Shown here in pieces: positions 12,735 through 25,900 of a stretch of DNA of 64,000 nt. Origin of the DNA: Vezdaea acicularis (lineage: Eukaryota); the NCBI GenBank assembly GCA_026025075.1, contig JAPEUI010000080.1, forward strand, positions 1 through 64,000, given 5' to 3'. The position numbers were made by a program, and so were the translations under genes. The first letter of the stretch is position 1. Each line of letters begins with the position of its first letter. The notes beneath the pieces were generated by a model. That model was not told where the DNA came from. It searched no databases and worked only from the letters and a program-made list of their open reading frames with translations.

Positions 12735-14037
12735 ATGCATGATTTAGACGCGCTCCAGTAAGTAGACAGGTTTGATTTTCCGTAATACTCAGCACCATAC
12801 AATACTCAGAGTTTCAAATTGCAGCGGCTCCGTCGATTACAGTAAACATTTTCCCCCTCCAAAACCTGTTCACTGTCGAATTCCTCCGCCAATTGATAGA
12901 GACTTCTTCTCGTTACGCTCCAGTGACGGTTTCCGCTCTGGTCCTGTAGGCCAATATCCCTGGCCCCTTGGGTTGAGCCGAAGGAGTTATCTAGAGACCC
13001 AGGTCCCGGGTGCACCCAACTCCTATACTCATAGTATAGTCGTAAATAACCCCTGTATGAATACCCGGCCGCTTGTTTCGCCTAGAGGTGGAGCACTTAG
13101 TGAAGATTCCAGACCCTTCCGCTTGCACCACGGAATATATCCCCGCACACCACTTTCATCGTCTAGTTCAGAATCTACTGATAACGGAAAAGGGGGGAAC
13201 TCAGCACACGTGGATAGAGAGCGTGATAGGCGTAAGGGGCATAAACAGGAGATTGACTGGAATGGTGAGATATTTGGGATGGTGGAAGAGCCGGACACGA
13301 GGAAACCGAAGTTCTCGAAGCAGGATATCCTTGTTACCAATCGTTATTTTCATGAGGTATTACTCATGAAAATGCCATATCTAGGGGAGCAGCTCGCTCG
13401 AATCGGTCGCGAGTCAGGAAGGACATTCACAGAAATTGAGGATATCGTCTCTATTGCTCTAGAGGTCTCTTCAATTCATCTTTTGAAGAAGTTGCTTCCT
13501 CAAATCTTCCGCGGTTCGGAGAAGTTGACGCTTGTCGAGATGCTGGATATAGTCTCTGGTGCTCGTGAGATCGCTTCAATGCATCCGAGTCCTGATTATG
13601 GGCCTGGACACGAAGTAAAGCAATGTCCCCAGACTCTCAATGATATTTCAGACCGGTCCAGTCGACATGGCAGCCAACCTTCATCTCACCCAAGTCTCGT
13701 GTCAAACCAAGTCGATCAACAAAACTCAGTGAAGAGAAAGCGACCAACATCGCAATTACACCATCACGAATACAGCCCACATTCGGCCCCGAGTACCACT
13801 ACAAAACGTTTGCTCTCGGAACATCGAGGACAGACTGAATGCTTTGAAGATCGTCCATGCGGGCAAATGGCGAATGTAGGTTGGCACAATCTTCCTGACA
13901 AGGGTCGCGTCTTGGATAACTTCAGCAAAAGGGCAAAACATGAGCTCTCGAACGATTGTCCAGAGGAGATGACACACGTCTTGCCTCCACAGACTGGTCA
14001 GCCTCAAACGCCAGGGAATCATAGACTGGGATCGTAA
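12735..14037 (+). CDS. Hypothetical, apparently lineage-specific protein (~410 aa)
   Basis: 1.26-kb open frame. An upstream mini-exon at 12735-12757 (MHDLDAL) with a GTAAGT donor joins in phase at the CAG ending 12824. No family recognised. Confidence 0.55.
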
Positions 14038-14912
14038 CTTTAGAACCAGTCGATCCCCTCCTAGATGTTACCGGTCTCGTTTCGATTGGCGATCAGGCTG
14101 AAGATCACAACCAGATGACAGCTCGATATTACTTACGCCATATCACTCAACGATGGCATCCGACGAAGTGTCTTTTCACTTCTTTCTTCATAGTACATTA
14201 CTTGTCATCGAATACCCAGATACGCTAGCATGAAAAGGTTCTTATTGTGGATAAAGATGCGGGGAAGACTTGGATCATGTGGATTGTAATATAGTTATGC
14301 GAGCATGCTCTCTTTATACCTTAATATCGATGACTCGTGCAACAATTATATGAATATATTTGCTTAGTGCTTTTATTTTCATGAAAAGAAGAGCGCGCGC
14401 TCGAGGCTCCTAATGTTGGTGTCCTAACCAAGCGAACAGGAGCCCCCTCAAGTGTCACGCCTTGCCACTAATTCACCTTACATCAACCCTGTGAGAAACA
14501 ACGATGATCGTGTAATCTTCAGCTCAGCTCGTACCACCCACCGTTCCACTGTCGAGAACGGAAACGCCACGAAGATGCCGTGGACCACAAGCCAGCACAA
14601 GCCAATCGCAGATCGTCCACAAGAATGGTCCGGCACTGGGGCTTCCCGAGCCTAGCGCCTGATGTTCAGCGTCAAGATGCCTTGAGTAAATGCTGGAAAA
14701 CGCCAGGCTGTCTTCCCCAGAAAAGTGACTTAAGACATCCTAGACTGCCTCTCCTCCAGATTGGTTTCGCCTCTGTCGCCACGAATCTAGGAATTGGATT
14801 AGATTCACCAGTCTGATATGTCAGTGACATAACTGACCTAAGAGCACCATCATAAGATAATAAGTCCACGATTCTGAATTGCTTCTTGAACCATTCAAAA
14901 CCCCCAAGAACG

Positions 14913-16064
14913 ATGGAAGAAAAGTTTGTAGGTTCGCTGGAGGACTTGACGGGCCGTGTAGCGTTGATTACGGGGTAAGCTCACTTGTGAAATCACTTCA
15001 TTTTCACGCATGCCTTCACATGTTCTAACAACCTCCCAGAGGTGCAGCTGGAATTGGCCTCGAGACAACCATATACCTGGCGCAGAAGGGAGCCACCGTC
15101 TATGTCGCATCCCGTAACCAAGAGAAAAGCGAAAAGGGCATTGCAGAAGCAAAGAAAAGGCTCGGAGGAAAGGGCGGCGACATAAGATTTCACTCTCTCG
15201 ACCTTGCAAGCATCGCCGTCGCAAAAGCCTCGGCTTTGGCCTTCAAGGAGAAAGAGCAGCGCTTGGACATCTTGATCTGCAATGCAGGCATTAGCATGAT
15301 GACTTTGAAGGAGCTGTCTCCTGATGGCTATGAACGAATGTTTGCAACAAACCACCTCGGACACTTCGCCTTCGTCACGAATCTTTTAGGTAAGACTATT
15401 TAGCTCAATTCCTCCCAAATATCTTTACAAAGGCTCCGAGGCTTGTCATCTAGCGCTGGCTAAGTGTTCCAAATTAGATCTTATTGAACGTACGGCAACT
15501 TCTCACGAGGAGGCTCGAATCGTCATTGTGAGCTCGACAGCCACTAAATTTGCGTCAACACTCGACTACAAGGCCCTAGTGACGAAGAAAGAAGGTGAAG
15601 GAAGCAAGATCACGGATCTGAAGAACGTGTTCAAACGCTATGGAGATTCCAAACTTGCAAACCAGTATTTCACGATCGATTTGGATAGGCAGCTACGAGC
15701 AAGAGGTATTACCAACATTTATTGCAACACAGGACACCCTGGAACGGACGCAACTACGGGCCTCGGCGCAAGTGATCAGACTGCCATCGGACCCTTCGTA
15801 GAAGGGATCGTTCGAGCTGCCATAAAGCCCTTCTCTAACTCCACAATTGACGCTGCGAAGACGCAGACCTATCTAGCGGCATCCAAAGACATTCGAGAAA
15901 GGGATGTGCACGGACAATATTGGGAGCCAATATTTGGCTGGACGGGCTCATACAAATCCTGTCACAAGGTAGAGTACAGTGCTTTAGCATTAGATGAGGC
16001 GGAGCAGAAGAAGTTATGGAACTTCAGTGAGGAGGCCCTACAGAAAGCGACTGCTAGTTCTTGA
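14913..16064 (+). CDS. Short-chain dehydrogenase/reductase (retinol dehydrogenase/WWOX-like)
   Basis: RVALITG/GAAGIG Rossmann motif, LDILICNAG, FATNHLGHF, catalytic YGDSK and HPG; two introns. Confidence 0.9.
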
Positions 16065-16787
16065 GGGGCTTCCCGGTTGTCTTCTCCTATGTTTCTGCAT
16101 ATGTTGTCCAAGTTGTGATAATGCAATCGCCAAGGGATCCAGAGTATTCTTCATCATAAGCAAGCTTCCTGTATGTAATTTCAGGCGACGCCACAAGCGA
16201 GCGATCTTCTGATAGGCTAGAAATGAAGTCGGATCGTGGCTTCTAATCCTCAAATTTGAGCTTGAAGAATTGTAAAGTTATGAAGATGTGCATTCCCAGC
16301 GCATTGGCCAGTGTGCATATCACATCTGTCAGCAGCGTGGTTTTCGCCGTTCCGGAAGGAGCCCCGGCAGAATATGCCACAAAACTTCCTCTCGACTGAT
16401 CAGTCGCGCTAACCGTCGTTAAGACTCGCCAAATCTAAAATCGATTTTCTCCTGGATACCATACCGAAAGATTGGCGACTACACTCATTTGCGAAGTCAT
16501 CACCTCGACCTTAGGTTTCCGACCTCGACTAAGTCGATATCGAGGATGGATTTGGTGTTCTGAGTCCTCCCACAACCCTCATCGCCCAGTGGTCATCAAG
16601 CACACCCTCTGAGCTCGCCTGCTTTAGCCGACCCGCACGGTAGGACGTGTCAACGTTTCCTCCCGTTGCTATATCACGACCTTCCCGTCAAACACCCACG
16701 AGATCGGAGGGAGCTTGCGAAACTCGATTGCTCTTTGAGTGCCGCGGTGGCCGAGTCGTGCACGCCTGTTGGCGGCTCGCCTTCACG

Positions 16788-18296
16788 ATGCTCCTACCCA
16801 AGGGTGGCGTGAATTGGAAAGCCGCAAAGGCTCGACTACCCCCTTCGCGAGCGGTGCTGGCTTTCCTTACGAGGACACGATTTCTGGTTGTTGTGGCGTT
16901 ATTAGGCACAATTATATTACTATGGAGGGGGATTACGTCGTCGGCGTCGGAAATGAAGGAGTACGCACTCTATCCTCCGGTTCTAGTCGCTCTTGACATG
17001 CATGAATATCTGGAATCTAACCTTCCGAGTTTTTATAGCTTCTACTGTTGGGGTCCTGCGAAGCCGCCGATGCAGATGAGCTCCAATGAGCATTCAGACT
17101 GGAATGCGCACTTACAGACACCCGTGCTGTATAACCATCATGTTCCTGTGGAAGTAGATGCCCCAACAATATCAGGTGTTGACCTCAATCCGATCAAGTC
17201 TACAAAGAACGCCATAGCCAACAAGGAGCGGGTTCTCATCCTGACTCCTTTACGGGAAGCTTCAGAGTACCTGAGTAAATACTTCGATCTTTTATCCGAA
17301 ATAACATATCCCCACGAGTTGATCGATTTGGCCTTCCTTGTAGGGGACTCTACAGATGATACCTATGCCACCTTAGCTTCCGAACTCGACCGGGTACAGA
17401 AGCGGCAAGATAAGGTATCATTTCGCAACGCCCTCATTGTCCAGAAGGACTTTGGCGTGCCCTTTGGCCAGACCGTGGAAGAGCGACATTTCCTCGGTGC
17501 ACAGGCGACGAGGCGGAAATTGATGGGGAAAGCCCGAAATTATCTTCTGTCTGCAGCCTTAAAACCGGATCACTCGTGGGTCTATTGGAGAGATGTGGAT
17601 ATTGTGGATAGTCCGCGTAGCATATTAGAGGACTTTATGGATCACGATAAGGATATCCTTGTCCCAAGTACGTATCACGCGTCACTTCGGAGATGTATTG
17701 CTGATCTTGAGCACAGACATCTGGTTCCATCGATACAGAGATGGCCAAGATATTGAAGGGAAATGTTTGTCATTGAAGTTCTCTTTCAAGAATCGAAGAT
17801 TTTTCTAATATTGCATAGTTGACTATAACTCCTGGATAGAATCCGAAAAGGGATTAAAACTTGCAGAGAGCTTACCGAAAGATACGGTACTTGCAGAGGG
17901 TGAGTGGAATTTCAAATTCATGCCAGTCTCTTACTGACTGGATTTATTCAAGGCTATAAGGAATATGACACTGGCAGGACTTATCTTGCGAAAATGGGTG
18001 ACTGGAGGTTTAATAAGGACGAGGAAGTAGAATTAGACGGTATTGGAGGAGTCAACATCCTTGTAAAGGCGGACGTGCACAGATCTGGCAAGTCATTCCT
18101 CCAAAATATCCCACCTCTCCTTCAAAAATATCTAATCCGCGCAACAGGCATTAATTTTCCCTGCTACGCATTTGAGAATCAGGCTGAGACGGAAGGATTT
18201 GCGAAAATGGCGAAGCGGGCAGGTTACAAAGTCGTAGGGCTCCCCAATTATGTGGTCTGGCACATCGACACGAAGGAGAAGCCAGGAAACGCATGA
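16788..18296 (+). CDS. Golgi mannan polymerase subunit, Anp1/Van1/Mnn9 family (GT62)
   Basis: Type II TM anchor, VLILTPL, ARNYLLSAAL, WVYWRDVDI (DxD), ETEGFAKMAKRAG and GLPNYVVWH; several introns, including one GC-AG. Confidence 0.9.
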
Positions 18297-18924
18297 AGAG
18301 GTCGACTTCTCTAATCCCGGATCGAATTCAGGTCTGAAACGGTAGTGCTAGAAGGCTATGGCTGCGCCGATTGCATCTTTTCCCCTTACTGAATCATGTT
18401 TTATAGAATTGCGGGTTTGGTTTCTCATCGCCGTAGTCCTCGGCGAAGGAATGCGTATGCATCGCTGGGTTTTGGCTCCGCTCGTGCTCGAGCGCGAGAG
18501 GGGAGCAAGCTCGACGAGGTCTCACCAGGGCGTGGGGTATAATGCAGACACATTCATATCGTATCAGGCGTATCGGCGGATCTCCTCACATCGTTCGACA
18601 CGCAAACACACTCTCACACACACATACATACATCCACCTTCTTCCGTTCAGCGGCTCTGCGCGCTGGCGGATTTCTACACCGCATTCCTGTCTTTGGCCC
18701 AAGGGGGGGGTGCTTGTATACAATTTAGTGAGGGGTTCCAATTCAGGCCATGTTGGTGGTATCTGTGGACGGTCTTTGGCACGGCAGATGGTTGCAGATC
18801 AGCTTAGTATAATACGTGCCATGTATCTGGCACAAGAAAATCTCTAGCTCTGCTCTGCATGTGCATGATTTCTATACTCTGTGCATATGTGCACGGGCCT
18901 GTTCAGCTTCGCATGGCAACCCAT

Positions 18925-20751
18925 TCACCCATATATGCCCTTTTCGAATTTCTCCGAGTCAAAATATCTTGCCTTGATGGTGTTGCCATTAAAGATCCTT
19001 CCTTCCAGAGCATTGACGGCCTAACATGGTCAGCTTCTCCTTTTGACAAACGCTTCATGGCTAAGCACCAGAGCACATACCCGTAATGCCGAAAGCTGAC
19101 TGGTGAACTTGACAAATACCTGCGCTGGACCAGGGGTTTGGCGGTCGATGAAGACTCGCTCGACGCGGCCATATTTCTCGCCGCACTCCTCACCGATCTC
19201 TTGCATTAAGCCGCCATCACCATCTCCCGCTATTTCCTCGTCCAAGTCCATTCCATCCACCATACCCTGCAAGACAATAACCTCACTCATAACCCCAAAC
19301 TTGCTTTGCTGGGCATCTACCTTGCCCTGATCCTTCCGCTTACCACCGATAATCGTACCCCGCCCTCCAGGAGCCGCGAAGCCACTGCCTTCTGCATCGG
19401 ATTTCTTTTTCTGCTTCTCTACCTTCACACGTAGCGGATTAACGATCCCCGATTCCTCAGCGCCCAGGCCAGATCCTTTGGTCCAGCCGTACTTGGACAT
19501 GAGGCGCTCCGCGAACCCTTTTTGACCAGGCCGGAGAGACCTTGGTGTGTCCGTGGACTCTTGCTCGCTAGCCCCTTCTTCGTTCGCTTGCTCTTGTCGG
19601 AGTGTCTCCACTAGCTCCGCTTCTGTGGCAGGTATCTCAGAAGGCGCCAACGGCAAACTATATCTGACTGGTGCCCTGCTTATCATCGCGGGTGGTTCCT
19701 GGGGCGGTGGAGGCGGCGGCGGAGGTTCATCTACTGGAGGCGCTGGAGGTGGTATTGGTGGAGCAGGATAGTTTGGGCCTGACACGAATCCGCGGGACGG
19801 CTCATCTATCTGTGGCTGGAGACCACTCAGGCGCAGCCTCCGTGCGTACGCGTCTTCTCCACTCTTGTCATCCAGGACTTCTACATTAGGCTGGCTTCGA
19901 TTCTGGACTCCCTGCGAAAAGTCTGGTGGAGGTGCGAAAGAGTAAGACGATGGTGGGACGGGTTTTGCTACTTGTCATTAGCCAAGTTAGAGGAGGGGTA
20001 AAATTAAGACATACAATCCACGCTTCCGCGAGAACTTTCCTCGTCACTTTCAGTGGTATCTCTGCGCTTTTGCTTTGTGCGATGCGCGTGTAGTCTATTT
20101 TTCCAATCACGCACCTCCCGTATCTTCTCTTCACTGTTCTTGTATTCTTCGTAACTGTTCGGTCTCGATGGGTCGTATATGTCATCCCAATCCTGGGGAA
20201 CAATCTCGTCTTCCTTATTCTTCTTCCGCCTTTTTCGACCGCCTCTTTGGCGTTTCTCTTCACCATAAAATCCATTTACATCATCCGCGGTAGCCCAGTC
20301 GGCTAGTGTACTTTTCGCTGCTGGCCTGGGTGCTCCCACGGAGGCAACGGAATTGGTAGATAGCGCATCGGTCACATTTAAAGGCTTTGAAAACCCTGCT
20401 TTCGAAAATGGCGTTCTCGCTTTTCCTTTCGGCGTTGATAGCTGTGGACGGTTCTTCAAGGGCTGGAATCGAAGGGCGGCTGGTACAACGTCGAATAACC
20501 GTGAGCAAATCTGATTTTGAAAGTGTGATATTCTCACAGAAGGTTCAATAGGATCTACCGGCTGCTTGCTGTTTCTTCAAATCCTCCTCTTGCACCCTTT
20601 CCCCCAAATCCTCATTTTGCTTGAATACGACGGGCGCTCTCGAGATGGACACAGAAGCAGGTCCAGCTGCCGATAATGGATCGAGGAGGTTGGCGTACAG
20701 AGATGATAAACCTCCACGCGTTGGTGGCTTCTGCTTGGAATCCTGAACCAT
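18925..20751 (-). CDS. SPF45: G-patch and RRM/UHM splicing factor (SPF45/RBM17/DRT111-like)
   Basis: YDPSRPNSYEEY, SGEDAYARRL, G-patch FAERLMSKYGWTKGSGLG, and UHM EECGEKYGRVERV...AVNALEGRIFNG; three introns. Confidence 0.88.
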
Positions 20752-21114
20752 GTTTGGATATCAAATCGAAATGAGCTTGTCGGTAGAGCGAAGACTTCAC
20801 TGTTTGGAAGGGTTGACCATGCTCAAGGGCTTCGGCTTGAAATTCTTACTCGCTTAAAACTTCGGGAGGTTTTCGCGCGACGCCAACTTCTGTAGGTTTA
20901 CCCTCGGCATGGGTTCAACGAACTTTGCGACTTCGGATCACGTCATTCACGACCCAAGAGCGGAAACTTCGCATCGAGGTTCTTATCATCCACGCCACAT
21001 CTGAAACCCTTTTTTCTTCCTTCCTACAAAGCGTGTTGCACATGACTGTTTAAGGCCAAAAGCCTTGTCCGAGGATTCGCAATAAGTTCGCAACACCATC
21101 CGATCTTGAGTCTT

Positions 21115-22828
21115 ATGATGGCAACTCTGTCCAACTCGTTCCCGCATAATGATAAGGCAACCGCTATCATCGTGCCTGCTCGGTCTAAGCCCGTGGTAGT
21201 GACATACGAACAGTTGGCTTATCACACTTCGTCCTTCCAAAAAAAATTGGCAGCATTGGGTATCGCGTCTCAGGCTGCTGTATCGATAGCCCTTCCAAAT
21301 TCGTTGGAGTTTGTAATTGCATTTCTAGCGACTTCATGGCAGCGCGCAATCGCTGCTCCTTTGAACTCGGCCTACAAGCAAGATGAATTTGAGTTCTATA
21401 TCGACGATCTCAAGTCTGCGCTAGTCATAGTGCCGCGGGGCTCATTCCAAACAGACGGCGCTGCTGTGAGGGCGGCTAAAAAATACAATGCGGCCATCGC
21501 GGAATGTTATTGGGATAGTCAGCGTAATGAGATCATATTGGATGTTAAGACTAAGGGCAGACTTGAGGATAAAAGCAGTAATTCTGTAGAATCTGCTCGT
21601 CCAGATGATATAGCTCTCGTTCTACACACCAGCGGAACCACAGGGAGGCCCAAGGCTGTATGTGACGATGAGTAAACATGTCAATTCAGCAATTCTAATC
21701 CTCTTATAGGTTCCACTGAGTCACCAGAATCTCACTCGTACCATGCGTATGTGACGCGCCCTGCTAGGACTAAAAGTACAGTCGCTAAATCTGGAATTAA
21801 ACAGGGAACATTCAGCAGACATACAAGCTGACCCCGAAAGATCGTACATTACTTGTAATGCCGTTATTTCACGTCCATGGATTACTAGCAGGGTTCCTGG
21901 CTCCTCTTCTATCGGGAGGCTCGGTCATCGTGCCGCTGCGTTTCTCTGCGTCCGAATTCTGGAGTAACTTCAACAAGTACGAAGCTAATTGGTATACGGC
22001 CGTGCCCACCATTCACCAGATCCTACTCAAAAACCCCCCACCCAATCCAAAGCCAAACATTCGATTTATCCGATCCTGCTCTTCTCCATTGTCGCCGAAA
22101 ACATTCCATGAGTTGGAAGAGACTTTCAATGCCCCCGTCTTGGAAGCATACGCGATGACAGAAGCAGCGCATCAAATGACTTCTAATCCACCACCTCCTG
22201 CGAAACGAATACCTGGTAGTGTTGGCCTTGGTCAAGGGGTCGAAGTGAAAATCCTCGACCAAGATGGCAAAGAGGTGCCTCAGGGTTCAGAAGCAGAGAT
22301 CTGCATTCGAGGAGAGAATGTCACAAAAGGATATTTGAATAACCCGGAAGCAAATAAGACGTCCTTCACCAGAGATGGATTTTTTAGAACAGGCGATCAA
22401 GGCAAGAAGGATAAGGACGGATACATCTTTATTACTGGAAGAATTAAAGAGCTCATCAATAAAGGGGGCGAAAAAATCAGTCCGATCGAATTAGACAATG
22501 TACTGGCACAGCATCCGAGTGTCTTGGAAGCTGTCAGCTTCGCCATTTCTGATGAAATGTATGGTCAAGACGTTGCCGTTTCCATCGTTTTGAAGCCGGG
22601 CAAAGAATTAACCGGAGCGGAGCTGAAGAGATGGATCGGGGAAAAGGTTGCAAGGTTCAAAATACCTAAAAAGGTTGGTTCTCATCTCTTAACATAGGTG
22701 TTAATACCGCTAAGAGACTACAGATCTATTTCACTAAAGAAATGCCAAAAACGGCAACTGGCAAAATCCAACGAAGAATGGTAGCCGAGGCGATGCTCAA
22801 GCAGGAGGACTCTAAAGCGAAATTATAG
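21115..22828 (+). CDS. PCS60: Peroxisomal acyl-CoA synthetase / oxalate--CoA ligase
   Basis: AMP-binding motifs LHTSGTTGRPK, PLFHVHGL, EAYAMTE, FRTGD and PKTATGKIQR; the spliced C-terminus ends SKAKL* (PTS1). Confidence 0.92.
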
Positions 22829-22985
22829 ATCATCATAGCCTAGGTTTGTTATTTTAGCTCAATAGCTATCGGTACATATCAGAACTCCCACCCTGCGCTT
22901 CTGGTCGCAAGAGAATGCTTGGATTTATACTAAAGAAGAGACTGGAAGCGAAACGTTATACTGCTTTTCCACATTTATGTTTACT

Positions 22986-23270
22986 GCACTACGAAGCGGT
23001 AGAAAAATTTGATGGCGCATTAAACGGGGGTTCCCTCGTAGCTAAATGCTATACACTCGAGGGCACAAAACGGCCCTGCCAGGCCGCGGGCATAACCTAG
23101 AGCATTGTAGTACAACAAGAGTGAAGGTGCAGTACTATCAAGCTCATAATAAGAACAGTTTTCACCGATTGCCAACGATCTCTGAACTGCTGAAAGCAAC
23201 GCATGCTGATGGGTGAACGTGCCTATTGTCTGCTTATACGTCATCAATTTTGTCCACCGATTCGATTGTA
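22986..23270. mobile_element. MITE-like non-autonomous TIR element, copy A (~280 bp)
   Basis: Imperfect ~27-bp terminal inverted repeats cgaagcggtagaaaaatttgatggcg ... cgtcatcaattttgtccaccgattcg. The interior aligns along its length to the reverse complement of 26873-27151. Confidence 0.75.
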
Positions 23271-23789
23271 CATAAGCCTGGCTTAAAGTTGGAAGTTATA
23301 CAACCCTTCAAAGGGTCTTCTTAAGAATCAAATTTGCGCACATCTATTAGGAGGCTTAGTATCTCGTGAAGTCCGTGAAGACCTGCTTAATCTTGGTTTA
23401 GCGATGCCAGCATTGATGGCACTGAGTACATCCGCTACAAATGCTGTTTTTGCAACTAGCTCGCATGCTAGTGAAGAGCCCCTATTTACGAAACAGATCT
23501 CGGCCATCCAAAGAAAGAGGTTACCTTGCCGTCCACTCCTTTTTAGGGAGTCTTATCACCCCTATCTCCATTTGCTGCACGTCCGTACGCAGCCTTCCAC
23601 TCTACTCCAGTTGCACGTAGCTAATATTACCAATTTCGCCATACGGCTCAATATCAGATGTAACCCATCTACCCTTTTTAGCACTGCTGAATATTACGTA
23701 AAAGCCAGTATCTTTCATGTCAGCTGCGTTTGAGGAAATCTTGTACACTGTTATATGCTTCTATTGAAATGGGATTTGAGTAAGTTGGC

Positions 23790-25900
23790 CGTGGACTGAA
23801 CTTAGGTAGCATTAAAGATTTTGAAAATGTCTTATTAATCATCAATCAATGTAATGTCAGCTTGATGTAGAGGTAGATATAGTATGATATATTGAATAAA
23901 GGTATAATAAGTATTATATACATATTTATTTGAAATTAAAGGCTATTAATAGTATATATAAAAATACAAATGATTATAAAGCTTACAAGGTAATAAATAA
24001 AATGAATAATTTATTGGGCAGAAATCTTTTCTTCCTTGAATATTTTATAACTGAAGGTGTAGATTAATTTTATAAGGCCACAACATGATTTGAAGTTTGA
24101 TAATCTAATAAAAGTAAAAACATAAAGAGTATTATCAAATTTATACAAAAATAATTAACATTAAATGTTGATAATTTTTAAATTTGTCAAAAATAATTTA
24201 TCATAAAGGCAAACATAACATCTATTAAATCAAAAATCAAAAAATTGAAGCAATATTTGCACTTCTTAAATTGTTGCAAAGATTAAATCTTAACTTTTTT
24301 TTCTAAATGGGGTAACAAATAGTTAACATTTATCAAATATGTATTGCAAAAATGCAAATCTTATACATGCTGTGCTTAGATAATTTGGTTTTAATAAATA
24401 GTTATACAGGTATTATATAAAAGTAAATAATGGATTGAAATAAACAATAATATATAAGAATGGCTTAATTAATGATTTATGAAAAAATTAATTACTTGTT
24501 TTTCTAAAATTAAACTGAATAAATAAAATTTATTTTACTTGCTACTATAATTTTATCAGTGCTTTTGAACAAGACTATGATAAATTATCACAGTTATTTT
24601 TTAATTTTACATAAGCAGATGTAAATAGCAGATGAAATATGTTATAATAACAATCTTTATAAATTTAAAATAAATGAGTTATTGATATAAGTGATATCAA
24701 ATATTTGTGTAAAAATCAATTATATGATTCTAAAATATTTGATATAAGTTGTTTAATACATCTGACTGAAATTTTTTAAGATTGTTAGCTTATATTTTTT
24801 TAAAAAAAAAATTCAAAAATAAGTGAACATATTTTTTGACACAAAAAAAACATTTTATAATGCAACAGATAGTAACAATTATGTTTTACTTGCAACAAAA
24901 AATGTCTATATCATGCATAGCATAAGTATATAGCTTGAATAGCGTAGCAGACAAATAATATCTGTATTCTACTTGTGGCAAGAAAGCGTAAGCTTGATAA
25001 AATGTACATAAATTATATAACTGCGATAGTTAGATATAATAATACTGTAAGAATGCAGCAACATTTGCTTAAGGCGCACCGGTGCATCTTAAATAACTGT
25101 TCTTACTTAAAGATTGACAACACTTAGGAGATGCTTAGTCAGGACGCTTTTGATATATATATTGAGCTGATCTTACTAAAAACTTGTCATTAAATAATTT
25201 TGGCTTATAGTTATTAGAATTAATTTATATAATTGCAAATTATCTATTATATTGCTATATTCATATCCTTATATTGCTCAGTAATATTGCTAACTATTGA
25301 CAATGATCCGTCTACTACTATAATTTATTTAACATGTAGAGGCATTGCAAGCAAGACGCAGAAGTTTTTAGAGATATATATTAATATTAAATATTCGATA
25401 TGAGATTTAAATTTATTAGCTATGATATAAAAATGAACACAATGGATACTTTTGAATCTAAAAGTGTGGTAGGCTTTAAGCAAGAGTTCTTCTTGTTTAA
25501 CTGCTATGGTTCTGCTGGTAAACTCTAGCAAAAGCTATAACAGTTTTTTACATTAATACAAAAACATCAAGAAACATTTTTCTAAATTGATTAAATTAGA
25601 GTTCTAAAACCTAAGATATCATCATCTTTTTTAAAATATGTGAAATAGTATTTTTATCCTTAAAATATAATATACAGTATCATAAAATTAAATGTTTGAG
25701 CTATATAAGCTATTGTGCCCTTAGATATCAATATTTTACTTGTGTAATTGTCACTTGCACTTTTTGAAATTTAATTTATAATATTTTAGTACCATAAATA
25801 TTTAATTATATATATAAACAAATATATAAATACAAAAATATTTGTATCAACTAAATATAATTATATTATCTAAGAAAAATATTGTGATTCACCTGAATTA
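23790..25900. mobile_element. AT-rich, heavily mutated repeat/transposon relic (family unidentified)
   Basis: Abrupt drop to roughly 20-25% GC (estimated by eye) in a ~50% GC neighbourhood, no long ORFs and near-absence of CpG. Boundaries are approximate. Confidence 0.6.

Noticed and set aside
14913..22828. SDR plus CoA ligase as a secondary-metabolite cluster
   Set aside because: No PKS, NRPS or terpene backbone gene, transporter or cluster transcription factor, and the intervening genes are housekeeping.
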